64,000 nucleotides of DNA from an uncultured delta proteobacterium (GCA_963785235.1 CAWAUM010000002.1:128001-192000), one strand, 5' to 3'. Positions 39,774 through 50,998 are shown, counted from the stretch's first letter. Made by a program: numbers and translations. Notes: generated by a model from the sequence alone, not told the origin.

Positions 39774-40749
39774 TTAATCTTCCTTCAAAAAAGAGCCTGT
39801 TTTAACCTCATCGAGAAGGATGGGTATGAAGGTGGTCAGATCTTCCGTGATGCAGTAATGTGCGACATGGAATATTGCTGCATTGGGATCGGTATTGATG
39901 GCTACAATGTTAAGGGACCCCTTCATGCCGGATACATGCTGGACGGCACCTGAGATGCCGCATGCAATATAGAGCTTAGGTGAAACTGTGTGGCCAGTGG
40001 TACCGATCTGATGAGAGTATTCGAGCCAGCCTAAATCGCATACCGCACGTGATGCCCCCAAGGCGGACCGCGGTATGACCGCTGCCAGATCCTTTATGTA
40101 GCGATATGTTATCCTTCTTCCCTACCCCTCTTCCAGCGGAGATGATCGCATCTGCATCGCTGAGCCTGCTGTCACGGTGTATGGATTCTTTATATCCAAT
40201 CGTCTTAGATCGTGAGTGTGGAGTAATAACCTCGATTTTCTTCACTGAGCCAGGGGAGTGTGCCTTTGAAGTAAACGACGGGAATACCCCGGGAAGTACG
40301 GTAATGACAACGCAGGGAGTTTGCGGGACTATATCCACCATGAAACGCCCGGAGTAGGCAGAGCAGCTGAATTTACCTTCATGCACCTTCTCCACGGATG
40401 TAATGCACGCCGCATTCAGCTTAATTGCAAGCTGTGGCGCCAGATCATAGCCCATTGATGTATGGGCAAGGCACACGTAAAAGGAGCCATTCTCGGGGAG
40501 GATCTCCATGATTGCTTTGCAATAGGATTGGTTATTGTAGGTATTTAATTGGTTGCCTATAACAGCAATTGTATCGAACCCGGTTTTTTCAGCAATCTCT
40601 GTTGCCCGTGCTTCGTTATTACTGTCAAGAAGGATTATTATTGATAGTCGGCCTCTGCAAAGATCTTGAGCAAAGGTTATGAGCTCATATGTTTCGTGGG
40701 TGATGTGTCCCTGATCAGATTCAGCAATGATAAATATATCTTTATCCAT
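39774..40749 (-). CDS. etfA: Electron transfer flavoprotein alpha subunit, apparent frameshift at ~40098
   Basis: SAGRG then [30 protein letters not shown] in the shifted frame. Confidence 0.9.
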
Positions 40750-40760
40750 AGAACATACCA

Positions 40761-41541
40761 TCATGAAAGAAAGTTTTTTTCATGAAGGATCCGGAGAAGC
40801 TTACGGGCCTTTTCCCGTGAAGATCCTTCAATGAATGTCCCCATGGAAACTGGAGCCGGAAATCTCACACTTATGCATTCCTCACGTATCTCCGGCAGAT
40901 TAAAGTGTTCTGCCCTGATGACTTCTTGCTGCTGGGTCCTTGCCCTCAAGACATTTGAAAGAGATGGGTACCGGGGGGTATTGATCCCTGACTGAATGGT
41001 GAGCACAGCCGGCATTTCGAGCTGGACCGAAAGCCTGCGCCCGCCCTCGATCTCTCTATCCACATTCACGACGCCCTTCTCGGGCTTGATATTCTGTGCT
41101 GATGACCGAGGTGGCATACGGCAGATCCAATAATGCTGCAATGAGCTGGCCTGTCTGACAGGCCATATCGTCCTCGGCCATGACCCCGGCCATGATCAGA
41201 TCATAATCCCTGTTCCGGGCATATGAAGCGATGAACCATGCAGTATTAAAGGGGCTTACATAAATCTCAGGCGTAAAAAGTATATGAACGCCATGGTCTG
41301 CACCCATCTCAATTGCACGGCGGACAGTAGTGCCGGCCCGCTCGGGACCGAATGATAACGCATGGACCGAGGTCCCTGGAAACTTCCCCTTAATAAGAAG
41401 CGCCTCTTCCAGGGCAAACTCGTCGTACCTGTTCATCCTGAACACGGTTGAGGTCTTGAAAACTATTTGGCCGGTACGTTCATCAATGGCAAGAGTATCG
41501 CTGGAATCTGGGACCTGTTTTACACAAACGAGGATCTTCAC
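40761..41541 (-). CDS. etfB: Electron transfer flavoprotein beta subunit, apparent frameshift at ~41101
   Basis: MKILVCVKQVPD, N.YDEFALEEAL, MGAD; REIEGG..PAVLT..NTPRYPS. Confidence 0.9.
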
Positions 41542-41607
41542 ACTTATTATCTCCTGAATTTTCTCCTATAGAAGATAGCGCAGGACGAGAAAGAGTGCAA
41601 GTTAAAA

Positions 41608-41621
41608 AACGAGCGCTCGTT
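41608..41621. promoter_or_regulatory. Perfect palindrome, probable TetR-family operator
   Basis: AACGAGCGCTCGTT between the divergent etfB and phosphatase-ACAD-tetR genes, 10 bp upstream of TTGACA. Confidence 0.6.
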
Positions 41622-41666
41622 CGATAATTGCTTGACAAAACCCCCTCCCTTTGTTATCTTGTTTCT

Positions 41667-42377
41667 ATGAGCATGATTTATCTCATCCGTCACGGCCAGG
41701 CATCCTTCGGCCATAATGACTATGACAATCTATCACCGCTTGGAAAACAGCAGGCCCGAATCCTGGCCCAACACCTATTCGCAACAGGTTTCCGGCCCGA
41801 TGCCGTCTACTCGGGCACCATGGTGCGCCAGAAGGACACGGCCAAGGAGGTTTTGGCTACCTATATCAGAGAGGGCAAAGAGTTGCCAGATCTTGAGCTT
41901 TTAAGCGGTTTCAATGAGTATGACACCACCTCTATCGTAACAGCCATGTTTCCGGCCATGGCACTAGACGACCCGACATTGCATGATGAGCTTGCCAGGA
42001 TGTATGTCAGCAAGGCCTCCTTCAAGCGGGTCTTCGAGACAGCCATGCTCAGGTGGGTCACCGGGGAATTCGATTCCCCGGGGATTGAGACATGGGAAGG
42101 GCTCAAGGCCCGCATTGCAGATTCCTTGAAGTCCATTATGGCCAGGCATGGCAAGGGCAAGATCATTGCGGTCTTTACCTCAGGCGGGGCCATTGCCGCA
42201 TCCCTTGCCCATGTCCTGGGCATCCCAGGCGATTATGCCATGCGGCTGAACTGGCAGATCGTGAATACGTCCATAACGCGCTACATGTATAATAACGAAA
42301 GGATCACCATGGCAGGGTTCAATTGCACAGCGCATCTCGATCTCGCATGTGACCCGGCCCTCATCACCTATCGGTGA
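41667..42377 (+). CDS. Histidine phosphatase (phosphoglycerate mutase-like) family protein
   Basis: LIRHGQASF..YD.LS.LG, RQ..TA, EYD, FTSGG. Confidence 0.9.
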   Translation: MSMIYLIRHGQASFGHNDYDNLSPLGKQQARILAQHLFATGFRPDAVYSGTMVRQKDTAKEVLATYIREGKELPDLELLSGFNEYDTTSIVTAMFPAMALDDPTLHDELARMYVSKASFKRVFETAMLRWVTGEFDSPGIETWEGLKARIADSLKSIMARHGKGKIIAVFTSGGAIAASLAHVLGIPGDYAMRLNWQIVNTSITRYMYNNERITMAGFNCTAHLDLACDPALITYR

Positions 42378-42404
42378 GATCTTACAACAAAAAGGAGAGA
42401 GACC

Positions 42405-43613
42405 ATGGATTTTGAAGTCCCGGATAAGATGAAGGCCATAACCTCTATGATCGACGAGTTCGTGGAAAAGGAACTCATACCACTGGAGCCTGAGTTTCTC
42501 CACAAGACCTTCAGGGAGATGCTCCCTGTCATCGAAGAAAAGCGCAACATGGTCAGAAAGATGGAGCTCTGGGCGCCTAACCACCCCAGGGAGTACGGGG
42601 GCATGGGGCTTAACCTTGTGGAACACGCCTTTGTCTCGGAATCACTCGGCAGATCTCCTCTGGGGCACTTCGTCTTTGGGTGCCATGCCCCTGATGCCGG
42701 CAATATAGAGATCCTCCACCTCCACGGCTCACCCGAGCAGAAGGAAAAATATTTGAGGCCCCTGGTGGAGGGCAAGATCCGGAGCTGCTTTTCCATGACC
42801 GAGGTGGAGATGCCCGGGTCCAATCCCGTGATGATGGACACCACCGCGGTCAAGGACGGAAACGACTACATCATCAACGGCCAGAAGTGGTACTCCACTG
42901 CGGCCGACGGCTCGGCCTTTTCCATTGTCATGGCAAACACCAACCCTGAGGCGCCGCCTTACATGCAGGCGAGCATGATCATCGTGCCTACTGACACCAA
43001 AGGGTTCAACCTGGTGAGGAACATCCCGGTCATGGGGCATTCGGGCGACGACTATGCCTCCCACGGCGAGATCCTGTTCCAGTCATGCCGGGTCCCGCAG
43101 ACGAACCTTTTGGGGCCGGAGGGGTACGGATTCATGATCGCCCAGGAGCGGCTGGGCCCAGGCCGTATCCACCACTGCATGCGCTGGATCGGCATCTGCA
43201 ACCGTGTCTTTGACCTCATGTGCTCCAGGGCCTCCACACGCATCATTCAACCCGACGGCAAGACGCTCGCCACCAAGCAGATCATCCAGGCCTGGATCGC
43301 CGAGTGCGCGGCCAACATCCAGGCGGCCCGGCTCATGACCTTGAACGCGGCATGGAAGATCGAGACGCTTGGGGCCAAGGCCGCCCGCTACGACATATCG
43401 TTCATCAAGTTTTTTGTGGCCAATGTCATGCAGGAGGTAATCGACAAGGCACTGCAGGTGCACGGCGGCATGGGCATGACGGATGACACTATCATTGCTT
43501 TCTTCTACCGGCACGAGCGGGCTGCCCGCATCTATGACGGTGCGGACGAGGTCCATAAGATGTCCGTAGCCAAGAGGATACTCAGGGATTACGAAGGCAG
43601 GAAGGTCCGTTAA
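42405..43613 (+). CDS. Acyl-CoA dehydrogenase, ACAD10/11-LvaC-like
   Basis: APDAGNIE.L, RSCFSMTE, RLGPGRIHHCMR.IG, RIYDGADEVH. Confidence 0.9.
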   Translation: MDFEVPDKMKAITSMIDEFVEKELIPLEPEFLHKTFREMLPVIEEKRNMVRKMELWAPNHPREYGGMGLNLVEHAFVSESLGRSPLGHFVFGCHAPDAGNIEILHLHGSPEQKEKYLRPLVEGKIRSCFSMTEVEMPGSNPVMMDTTAVKDGNDYIINGQKWYSTAADGSAFSIVMANTNPEAPPYMQASMIIVPTDTKGFNLVRNIPVMGHSGDDYASHGEILFQSCRVPQTNLLGPEGYGFMIAQERLGPGRIHHCMRWIGICNRVFDLMCSRASTRIIQPDGKTLATKQIIQAWIAECAANIQAARLMTLNAAWKIETLGAKAARYDISFIKFFVANVMQEVIDKALQVHGGMGMTDDTIIAFFYRHERAARIYDGADEVHKMSVAKRILRDYEGRKVR

Positions 43614-43616
43614 CTT

Positions 43617-44315
43617 ATGGATTCTAATTTGAAATTCGAGACTTTCAAGGGTCTCGTGAGCCTTTCCATGGAGGACCTGTGCCGGGAGCATTTCCTCGTT
43701 AACCGCGAGAGCATCAAGATCAAGAAGGAAGGGGTCGCGGTAAAGAACCTCGTGAAGATCTTCAACGCTGCCCTGACCATAAGTAATGAAAAAGGTTTTG
43801 CCGCCATGAGCCTTCGTGATCTGAGCGCCCAGGCAGGCTTGAGCATGGGGGCGCTGTACACCTACTTCACAAGCAAGGAAGAGTTGTTACAGATGATCCA
43901 GCGACAGATTTCGGTTGTCATACAGGTTTTGTTGGACCAGATCGAGGGAATAGAAGACCCACGATCAAAACTGAAGCGGGTGATCCAGTCTCATCTCTTT
44001 CTCAGCGAGGTCATGCAGCCGTGGTTCTACTTTGCCTATATGGAGACCAAGAACCTTGCAAAGCAGGAGCACAAAAAGGCCATCGAGGCAGAACTTGCCA
44101 CGGAAAAGCTCCTCATCGACATCATGAAGGAAGGCCAGGACAAGGGTGTCTTCAAGGCCGTCAATATGGAGCTCACAGGCGCAGTGATAAAGGCCATGCT
44201 TCAGGACTGGTACCTCAAGAGATGGAAGTATGCCAGGCGGAATGTATCAGTGGAGAAGTATGCCGCATTTGTCGTGGACCTTGTTGAGACATATCTTGCA
44301 ATGCCTCAACAGTGA
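43617..44315 (+). CDS. TetR/AcrR family regulator
   Basis: GF..MSLRDL...AGLSMGALYTYF.SKEELL. Confidence 0.9.
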   Translation: MDSNLKFETFKGLVSLSMEDLCREHFLVNRESIKIKKEGVAVKNLVKIFNAALTISNEKGFAAMSLRDLSAQAGLSMGALYTYFTSKEELLQMIQRQISVVIQVLLDQIEGIEDPRSKLKRVIQSHLFLSEVMQPWFYFAYMETKNLAKQEHKKAIEAELATEKLLIDIMKEGQDKGVFKAVNMELTGAVIKAMLQDWYLKRWKYARRNVSVEKYAAFVVDLVETYLAMPQQ

Positions 44316-44333
44316 TTAGAAGGAGTTAGAGAC

Positions 44334-45399
44334 ATGGATCTTACTGACAAATCCACAAAGGTAAGACAAGGCGAAGAGCTTGATCTCAAGGTTGTTGAGC
44401 AATTCCTCAAGGACTCTATCCCGGGATTATCCGGGGATCTTGTGGTTGAACAGTTCCCCAGCGGGTTTTCGAACCTCACCTATCTTATCAAGGTTGGCGG
44501 CACAGACCTCGTGCTCAGACGCCCGCCTTTCGGACGCAAGGCCAAGACCGCCCATGACATGGGCAGGGAGTACCGGATTCTCACTTCCTTACATCCCGTA
44601 TTCCCCTATTGTCCCAGAGCCGCTGGTCTATACGGAAGATGAATCCGTCATGGGCTGCCCCTTCTATGTAATGGAGCGCATCCCCGGGATCATCCTGAGG
44701 AAGAGGCTCCCTAAGGGTCTCGTGCTGAGCCCGCATCAGATGAGAACCTTGTGCGAGAATCTGCTGGATGTACACTATAAGCTTCACTCTATTGACTATA
44801 AGGCCATAGGCCTTGAGGGCTTCGGCAAACCCGAAGGGTATGTGAGGAGGCAGGTTCAAGGGTGGTCGGAGCGCTACAAGGCCGCCTGGACCCCGGACGC
44901 CCCCACTTTTGAGAAGGTCATGCAATGGCTCCATGACAACATGCCCCCGGATCATGACAAACCCGCCATCATCCATAACGATTACAAGTTCGACAATGTA
45001 GTGCTGAATCCTGATAACCCCCTGGAGATCATCGGCGTGCTTGACTGGGAGATGGCCACCATCGGCGATCCGCTCATGGACCTGGGCAACTCGCTCGGAT
45101 ACTGGGTTCAGGCCGATGACCCCCCTGAGGTCCAGGCGGCAGGCATGCTGCCCACCAACCTGCCCGGGGCGCTCACCCGTGCAGAGATGGTCAAGCGGTA
45201 CGAGGCGAAGGCCGGCATCAACCTCGAGAACTTTAATTTCTATCTCTACTATGGTTTCTTCCGTATTGCCGTGATTCTTCAGCAGATCTATTACCGTTAT
45301 TATCATGGTCAGACGCAAGACGAGAGGTTCAAACTGCTCATCTTCGGTGTGCATATCATAGATGCAGAGTTCAAAAAGCATCTGAAGGGTGAGGCTTGA
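44334..45399 (+). CDS. APH-family phosphotransferase (LvaA/ACAD10 kinase-like), apparent frameshift at ~44616
   Basis: QFPSG.SNLTY, LRRPP..AHDMGRE; FYVME, HNDYKFDN, LDWEMATIGDP. Confidence 0.9.
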
Positions 45400-45410
45400 T
45401 AAAGGAAAAG

Positions 45411-45442
45411 TTTCGGGTACGCCTTTCCAGGCGTACCCGAAA
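45411..45442. terminator. Hairpin between convergent genes
   Basis: TTTCGGGTACGCCT-ttcc-AGGCGTACCCGAAA, perfect 14-bp stem. Confidence 0.75.
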
Positions 45443-45450
45443 AGGGAGGC

Positions 45451-46945
45451 TTACAGCTTGGTGAGAGTACCGGGCTTCAGCTCTTCCACGCCGGCAAGGT
45501 AATTCACCAGATGTTCTCTTGTCTTGATATCGTACTGGGATGTAATGGCGATCTCTTCCATGATAGGCGATCCGCCGCCATGGTAGTTCCCATAGTTCAT
45601 TGGCCCGGTAAAGCCCGAGCATTGGTAGTCTATAAAAAGCATCCAGAATTTGATCTGCTCTTCTATGGGGGCATTGGGGTTGCGGTTGAGGTACTTTTCC
45701 AGGAGCGGCTTCAGTTCCGGGTTCATGGAGGTCGCCTTCATTGGGGAAGGTGGCGGGCAGACCGCCTGCAATACTGCAGAGCATCTCCTGCTCCTCAAAC
45801 ACCGCCTCTCCGGTGAGACATCTGCCCACATTGGCATAGATGGAATTAGGGATGCAGCTGCCGGGGCCATAGGGCACCGGGCCCATGCCCGGGATATAGA
45901 TCTCGGGCTTGCCAAAAGCAGAGGCGGTATACCCTGCCGCATAGCCGAGTTCGGTGATCTTGATGAATTCGGCGAGCATCGTTCTGATATGGCCGGTCTT
46001 CCGGATGCCGTTGTGCCTTGCAGCCATGGATGCCATACCGGTGAGCACATCACCGATGGCCGGCTTGCAGCCGGAATAGCTGTGGCGGTGGAACAGGGCG
46101 AAGAGCAGCGCGCAGATACCGCCGTGATCGTTCTCTCCACAGAGGAAGACCCTGTCCCAGGGCACAAAGACATCATCGAAGATCAGGTATGAATCCGTAT
46201 AGCCGCCGGCGAATCCTTTGTGATATGCTGTTTACGCTTGCGGAAGTTGTGAATGGAGAGCACCTGCTTGACGCCCTCGTGATCAGCCGGTACCGCGAAG
46301 GCCACGGCATAATCCTTCTCGTCAGGCCCGAGAGCCCTGGTGGGGATGACCAGGATTTCATCCGCAATGGAGGCCTCCGATATATGGAGCTTGCATCCCC
46401 TGACCACGATACCGTCGCTCTTTTTCTCCACCACATGAAGGTACATGTCCGGATCGGTCTGTTCAATGGGCCTCTTCGAGCCGTTCGCCCTTGATGTCGG
46501 TCTGGGCGCAGCACCCAACAAGGTCTTTGTCCTGGAAACGGGTGAGCCATTTCAGGAAGTTCTTGTGATACTCGGTCTTCCCGCCGTTGAGCTTGTCGGC
46601 TTCAAATGAGGCTGCATTGACGGCATTGATGGAGTCTATGCCCATGCAGCGCTGGATGCAGAAACCGACTTTACGGCACAGGGCGCGTGTCATATCCTGC
46701 TTTTTGTGGAGATCCTCCGTGTTCTGGTGGATATGACAGAAGCGGTTGATGGTATTGCCCGTAATGTGTGACTTTGCGGTGCATAGATCCTTGAGCTCCG
46801 GGTCTGTGGTAGCATCAAAGGTGACCCCCATGACCTCAAGGGTGGGCAACTGCAGCTCATCATCACGGTCAATGAGCGACCCGTTGTAGTAGAGATTCCT
46901 GCGCATCTTCCGCAACCCTTCTATGTATTGTTCTTTTGTTCTCAT
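45451..46945 (-). CDS. 4-hydroxybutyryl-CoA dehydratase/HpaB family protein (AbfD-like), three apparent frameshifts (~46477, ~46225, ~45728)
   Basis: INRFCH, CIQRCMG.D (Fe-S Cys), TD.KG.R, GIVVRG.K.H, FDDVFVPWDRVF, HRHSY..CK, HGGGSP. Confidence 0.85.
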
Positions 46946-46988
46946 ACAAACCTCCGTTTGAGATGCTCTTTTCGTTTGACGTATATTG

Positions 46989-47675
46989 TTATGACCCTTG
47001 TCTCTTTTTCGGGGTTTCTGTTTTATTCAGCGATACGGCATCGTCTCCGAGGTGCAGGTGAAGGGTGATATCCTTGGAGTTCTTCTGAACCCGTAACCCT
47101 TCGAGTATCAGATCAACCAGCGGATCGACATGATCCATCAGATTGGATGGGGTGCCCAGGAGATGCCACCTGGTGCAAAGGTGTTCAATGGTCCCCAGGA
47201 TCATGGAGCGCACCAGGTAAGGATCGGTGTCCTTTTTAAAGGTGCCCTCTTCCACGCCTTCCTGGATGCAGGACAGCAGCATGCGTGCAGCGGTTCGGAT
47301 CACCTCGTAGGCCTTTGTCTTCAGGAAATTCCTGTTGGTCTTGAGGTGGAGCATGATCAGGGCGGAGTACTGGGGGTTCTTTTCATAGAGGGTCATGTAG
47401 ATCTGTACAAGAGCCCTCAATTTGGATTCAACACCCCTGAGGAACGGCAGCATCTTCTCTGCGCCTCTTAACGCCTCGTCCGTAATCTCCTCGGGAATCG
47501 CAAACAGCAACTCCTCCTTGCTCTTGAAATATTCGTATACGGTGGCGTCAGAGACCCCTGCGGCCTTGCTTATTTCAGAAATGGTTGCATCCTGGAAGCC
47601 CTTTTCGGCAAAAATATTCAGGGCGGATTCGATGATCCTGTCTCTTCTGGCGGTTTTCGGGGTTGGCTTTGTCAT
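46989..47675 (-). CDS. TetR/AcrR family regulator (FadR-like)
   Basis: IFAEKGF..ATISEI...AGVS.ATVYEYFKSKEELL. Confidence 0.92.
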   Translation of the reverse strand: MTKPTPKTARRDRIIESALNIFAEKGFQDATISEISKAAGVSDATVYEYFKSKEELLFAIPEEITDEALRGAEKMLPFLRGVESKLRALVQIYMTLYEKNPQYSALIMLHLKTNRNFLKTKAYEVIRTAARMLLSCIQEGVEEGTFKKDTDPYLVRSMILGTIEHLCTRWHLLGTPSNLMDHVDPLVDLILEGLRVQKNSKDITLHLHLGDDAVSLNKTETPKKRQGS

Positions 47676-47689
47676 GACTTCATCATACT

Positions 47690-47765
47690 AGAGTAAGACT
47701 CTGGCAAAGTCAAGTATTAATTGACACCAACTATTATTTAATGTATATAAATCATAGTGACACTC
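47690..47765. promoter_or_regulatory. Divergent sigma70 promoters with two AGT-N3-ACT inverted repeats (probable TetR operators)
   Basis: AGAGT-aag-ACTCT at 47690-47702 in the tetR promoter spacer; tAGT-gac-ACTc at ~47755-47765 just after TTGACA-N17-TATATA (47721-47749). Confidence 0.55.
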
Positions 47766-47912
47766 CAATAAAAAATTGATTGGCACAAATAGAGTGCGTA
47801 AATGACAGACAGATTGAAGCAGTTATTAGAAAGAGGGCAGACAAAAAGAAAGAAAACCATTATAATGATAAGGTCAAGAAGCTATCACAAGAAACCATAT
47901 TAGGAGAATACC

Positions 47913-48677
47913 ATGGAGAAGGTGGATTTTAGTTTGAACGGGAAGATTGCACTGGTGACCGGGGCCAGCCGCGGAATCGGCGAGGCCATTGCCATTACGC
48001 TTGCTGACTATGGCGCCCACTGTATCCTCGTGAGCCGAAAGGCGGATGCCCTTGCCGGCGTTGCGGAAAAGATCGCCTCCCGCGGCGGCAAGGCCGAGGT
48101 CATGGCCTGCCACGTGGGCGACCTCAAGCAGATCGAGGGGCTCTTCGCCAAGATCAAGGAACGCCATGGCAAGCTCCACATCCTTATTAATAATGCCGCC
48201 ACCAACCCATACTTCGGGGAGATGCTGGGTGCCGATGAAGGGATATGGAACAAGACCTTTGACGTGAACCTCAAGGGACCGTTCTTCCTGATCCAGCATG
48301 CAGCCAAACTTATGATGGAATCAGGGGGCGGCTCAGTGGTAAACGTGTCTTCCATCAACGGTGTCAAGCCGGCGCCTTTCCAGGGTGTCTATTCAATCAC
48401 CAAGGCCGGGCTCATCTCCATGACCATGGCCTTTGCCAAGGAGCTTGCATCCAAGAACATCCGGGTGAATGCGCTGTTGCCCGGCCTGGTGGAGACGAAA
48501 TTCTCCCAGGCTATTCTGGAGAACGAGACGTTCCACGATTACGCAGTCAATATGATACCCATGAACAGGCCCGGGCAGCCCATGGAGATCGCCGGAGCGG
48601 TATTGTACCTGGTGTCGGATGCAGCCCCGTTTACGACCGGGTCGTGCCTGGTGGTGGACGGCGGGGCCTTGGCATAG
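47913..48677 (+). CDS. Short-chain dehydrogenase/reductase
   Basis: TGASRGIG, NNAATNP, YSITK, IRVNALLPG. Confidence 0.93.
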   Translation: MEKVDFSLNGKIALVTGASRGIGEAIAITLADYGAHCILVSRKADALAGVAEKIASRGGKAEVMACHVGDLKQIEGLFAKIKERHGKLHILINNAATNPYFGEMLGADEGIWNKTFDVNLKGPFFLIQHAAKLMMESGGGSVVNVSSINGVKPAPFQGVYSITKAGLISMTMAFAKELASKNIRVNALLPGLVETKFSQAILENETFHDYAVNMIPMNRPGQPMEIAGAVLYLVSDAAPFTTGSCLVVDGGALA

Positions 48678-48734
48678 AGATATTGATCTTTGAAGATAGG
48701 ACCGAAAACTTAACCATAATAAAGGGGAAAAGCT

Positions 48735-49653
48735 ATGAAGATAGATGACATCAAACGTGTGCTCATCCTGGGCGCAGGCACCATGGGACAGCAGATCGGG
48801 CTCCAGTGCGCCATGCATGGATATGAGGTTGTGTATTATGATATCTCCCAGGACATTCTGAATGATGCAGTGAAGCGTGTTGCCAAACTTGCCTCCTGGT
48901 ATGCCTCCACCGGCCGTCTCACCCAGGAGCAACTCAAAGAGACCCTTGCGAGGATTTCATCCACAACAGACCCTGCCAAGGCGGCCGAAGATGTTGACAT
49001 TATCAGTGAGTCGGTGCCGGAAGATCCGGGACCTGAAGGGCAAGGTGTTCGCGCAGTTCAACAAGCTCTGCCCCGAACGGACGATATTTACCACCAATAC
49101 TTCATACCTCGTCCCATCCATGTTTGCCGAGGCCTCAGGCAGACCGGAAAAATTGGCAGCGCTCCACTTTCATGACCTTCGTGCAAACAATGTGGTGGAT
49201 GTCATGCCCCATCCGGGAACAGCGCCAGAGGTTACGAGCCTCGTACATGACTTCGCCAAAAGCATCGGACAGATCGTTATCATGCTCCATAAGGAGAACA
49301 ATGGCTACGTGTTCAATACCATGATCTCAAACCTCTTCTTCTCGGCCATGACCCTGGCGTCTAAAAACGTAAGTTCCGTTGAGGATATCGACCGGGCCTG
49401 GATGGGGATCACACATATGCCCATCGGACCTTTCGGCCTCATGGACCAGATAGGCCTGAAGACCGTATGGACCATCACCGACTACTGGGCCAAGATGGCC
49501 GGCGACAAGGGTGCCCTGAAAAACGCCGACTTCCTGAAGCAGTACGTTGACAGGGGGGAACTGGGATATAAGACGCACAAGGGCTTTTATTCGTACCCGA
49601 ATCCTGCATATCAGAAAGATGATTTTATCATTGGAGAAACGGAAAAAAAATAA
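48735..49653 (+). CDS. 3-hydroxyacyl-CoA dehydrogenase, apparent frameshift at ~49029
   Basis: GAGTMG, ESVPED, TNTS, LHF, GPFGLMD.IGL, G.K..KGFY. Confidence 0.9.
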
Positions 49654-49762
49654 AGTGAGTTTAGGTGTAAGGCCAAGGTTAAGGGTGCATGGGTAAGCCT
49701 CCACCTACGATAGCTATAGAGAGATCAACTAGGGAGAAGTTATAGAACGAGCCCGGCCATTC

Positions 49763-50998
49763 CTAAAATTCCGTAAGACCCGGCCCCACCACACCCTTGA
49801 GGTAGCCTTGAATGATACCTATAGCCCGCTCGAAATCCGTGCGGGATGGTGTCAGCACAGAGATCCTGATATAATCAGACCATCCTGGTCCATAGATGTC
49901 TCCCGGGGTGATCCTGACACCTTGCTCAAGGAGTTTTTCCTGGCTGATGCGACTGGGTACCGATGTTTTTAACCACAGGCAGGGGCCGTTTGTAGACCAT
50001 GTTGTGGCCTGAGACAAGTAGGCCAACCGTGTTCTCTGTTCTGTCTTGAGCCGCTTGACATGCTCTTCCAGATCCGAGGACGCGAGCATGGCAAAAAGGC
50101 ATCGTTGGAGTATGCCTGAGAGAGAGAGGTCGTTGATCTCCTTGAGGTGGATGAATCTGGTGTACAGAGGACTCGGGACCACTGCAAATCCGATGCGCAG
50201 ACCAGGACCCAGAATATTGGAAAGACTCTTGATGTAAACGACCCTCTCATGGGTATCCCGGGCCTTCAATGGGGGAATGCCCTCAATCTCGGAGAGCGGA
50301 TCATCCTCGATTATGAAGAAATCTTTCTTGCGGGCGATTTCCAGAAGCCTGTCCCTTAGGTCTTCAGGGATGGATCCGCCTGTCGGGATGTGTCCTTGCG
50401 GCATGGTGTAGAACAGGCGGATACCAAGGGTACCCAGCCGGTCAAGGTCCTTTTGGCTTGAGATATAGGGCACGGTCTTGACAATGGCCCCAAGGGATTC
50501 AAAGATCCGTACCGCACCCATATAGCCCGGGTCTTCCACGGCAACCACATCGCCTTTTTTTAGCAGGGCAAGCCCGATCAGGAAAAGGGCCTGCTGGGAC
50601 CCGGCAGTGATTATAGGGGTATGATCGATGCCCAGGGATATCATCCATTTCCTTGCCTGCTGCCTCAAGGGTTCATAACCCTGTGGGGGGTCATAGGTCT
50701 GGAGACCCTCAATCGTAATGTTCAGGTGCTTGCCGACCCACAGCAGCAGCTCTTCGGGCGGGTGGATAGTTGCCATGTCAATGACGCCCCCGGAAGAACC
50801 GCACGCAACAAAGGTTCCCACCCCCTGGCGGCTTATCACAAGACCCTTTCCCATGAGGTGCTGATACACGTTTCTCGCCGTTACAAGGCTAATGTTCTCC
50901 TGTATGGACAACTCCCTCACCCCGGGCAGGCGATCTCCGGGCCTCTTTCTCTTCAGGATATCGCCCGCAAGCCTCTCGGCTACCTCTTTGTACCTCAC
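49763..50998 (-). CDS. pdxR: MocR/PdxR-type PLP-dependent GntR regulator
   Basis: GDRLPGVREL..G.GTFV; EDP.Y, IIEDD, SLSN.L.PGLRIG; divergent from pdxST. Confidence 0.85.
   Translation of the reverse strand: MRYKEVAERLAGDILKRKRPGDRLPGVRELSIQENISLVTARNVYQHLMGKGLVISRQGVGTFVACGSSGGVIDMATIHPPEELLLWVGKHLNITIEGLQTYDPPQGYEPLRQQARKWMISLGIDHTPIITAGSQQALFLIGLALLKKGDVVAVEDPGYMGAVRIFESLGAIVKTVPYISSQKDLDRLGTLGIRLFYTMPQGHIPTGGSIPEDLRDRLLEIARKKDFFIIEDDPLSEIEGIPPLKARDTHERVVYIKSLSNILGPGLRIGFAVVPSPLYTRFIHLKEINDLSLSGILQRCLFAMLASSDLEEHVKRLKTEQRTRLAYLSQATTWSTNGPCLWLKTSVPSRISQEKLLEQGVRITPGDIYGPGWSDYIRISVLTPSRTDFERAIGIIQGYLKGVVGPGLTEF

Noticed and set aside
740-49030. Programmed ribosomal frameshifting in the split genes
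   Set aside because: No common slippery sequence or stimulatory structure, and the families involved are not known recoding targets.
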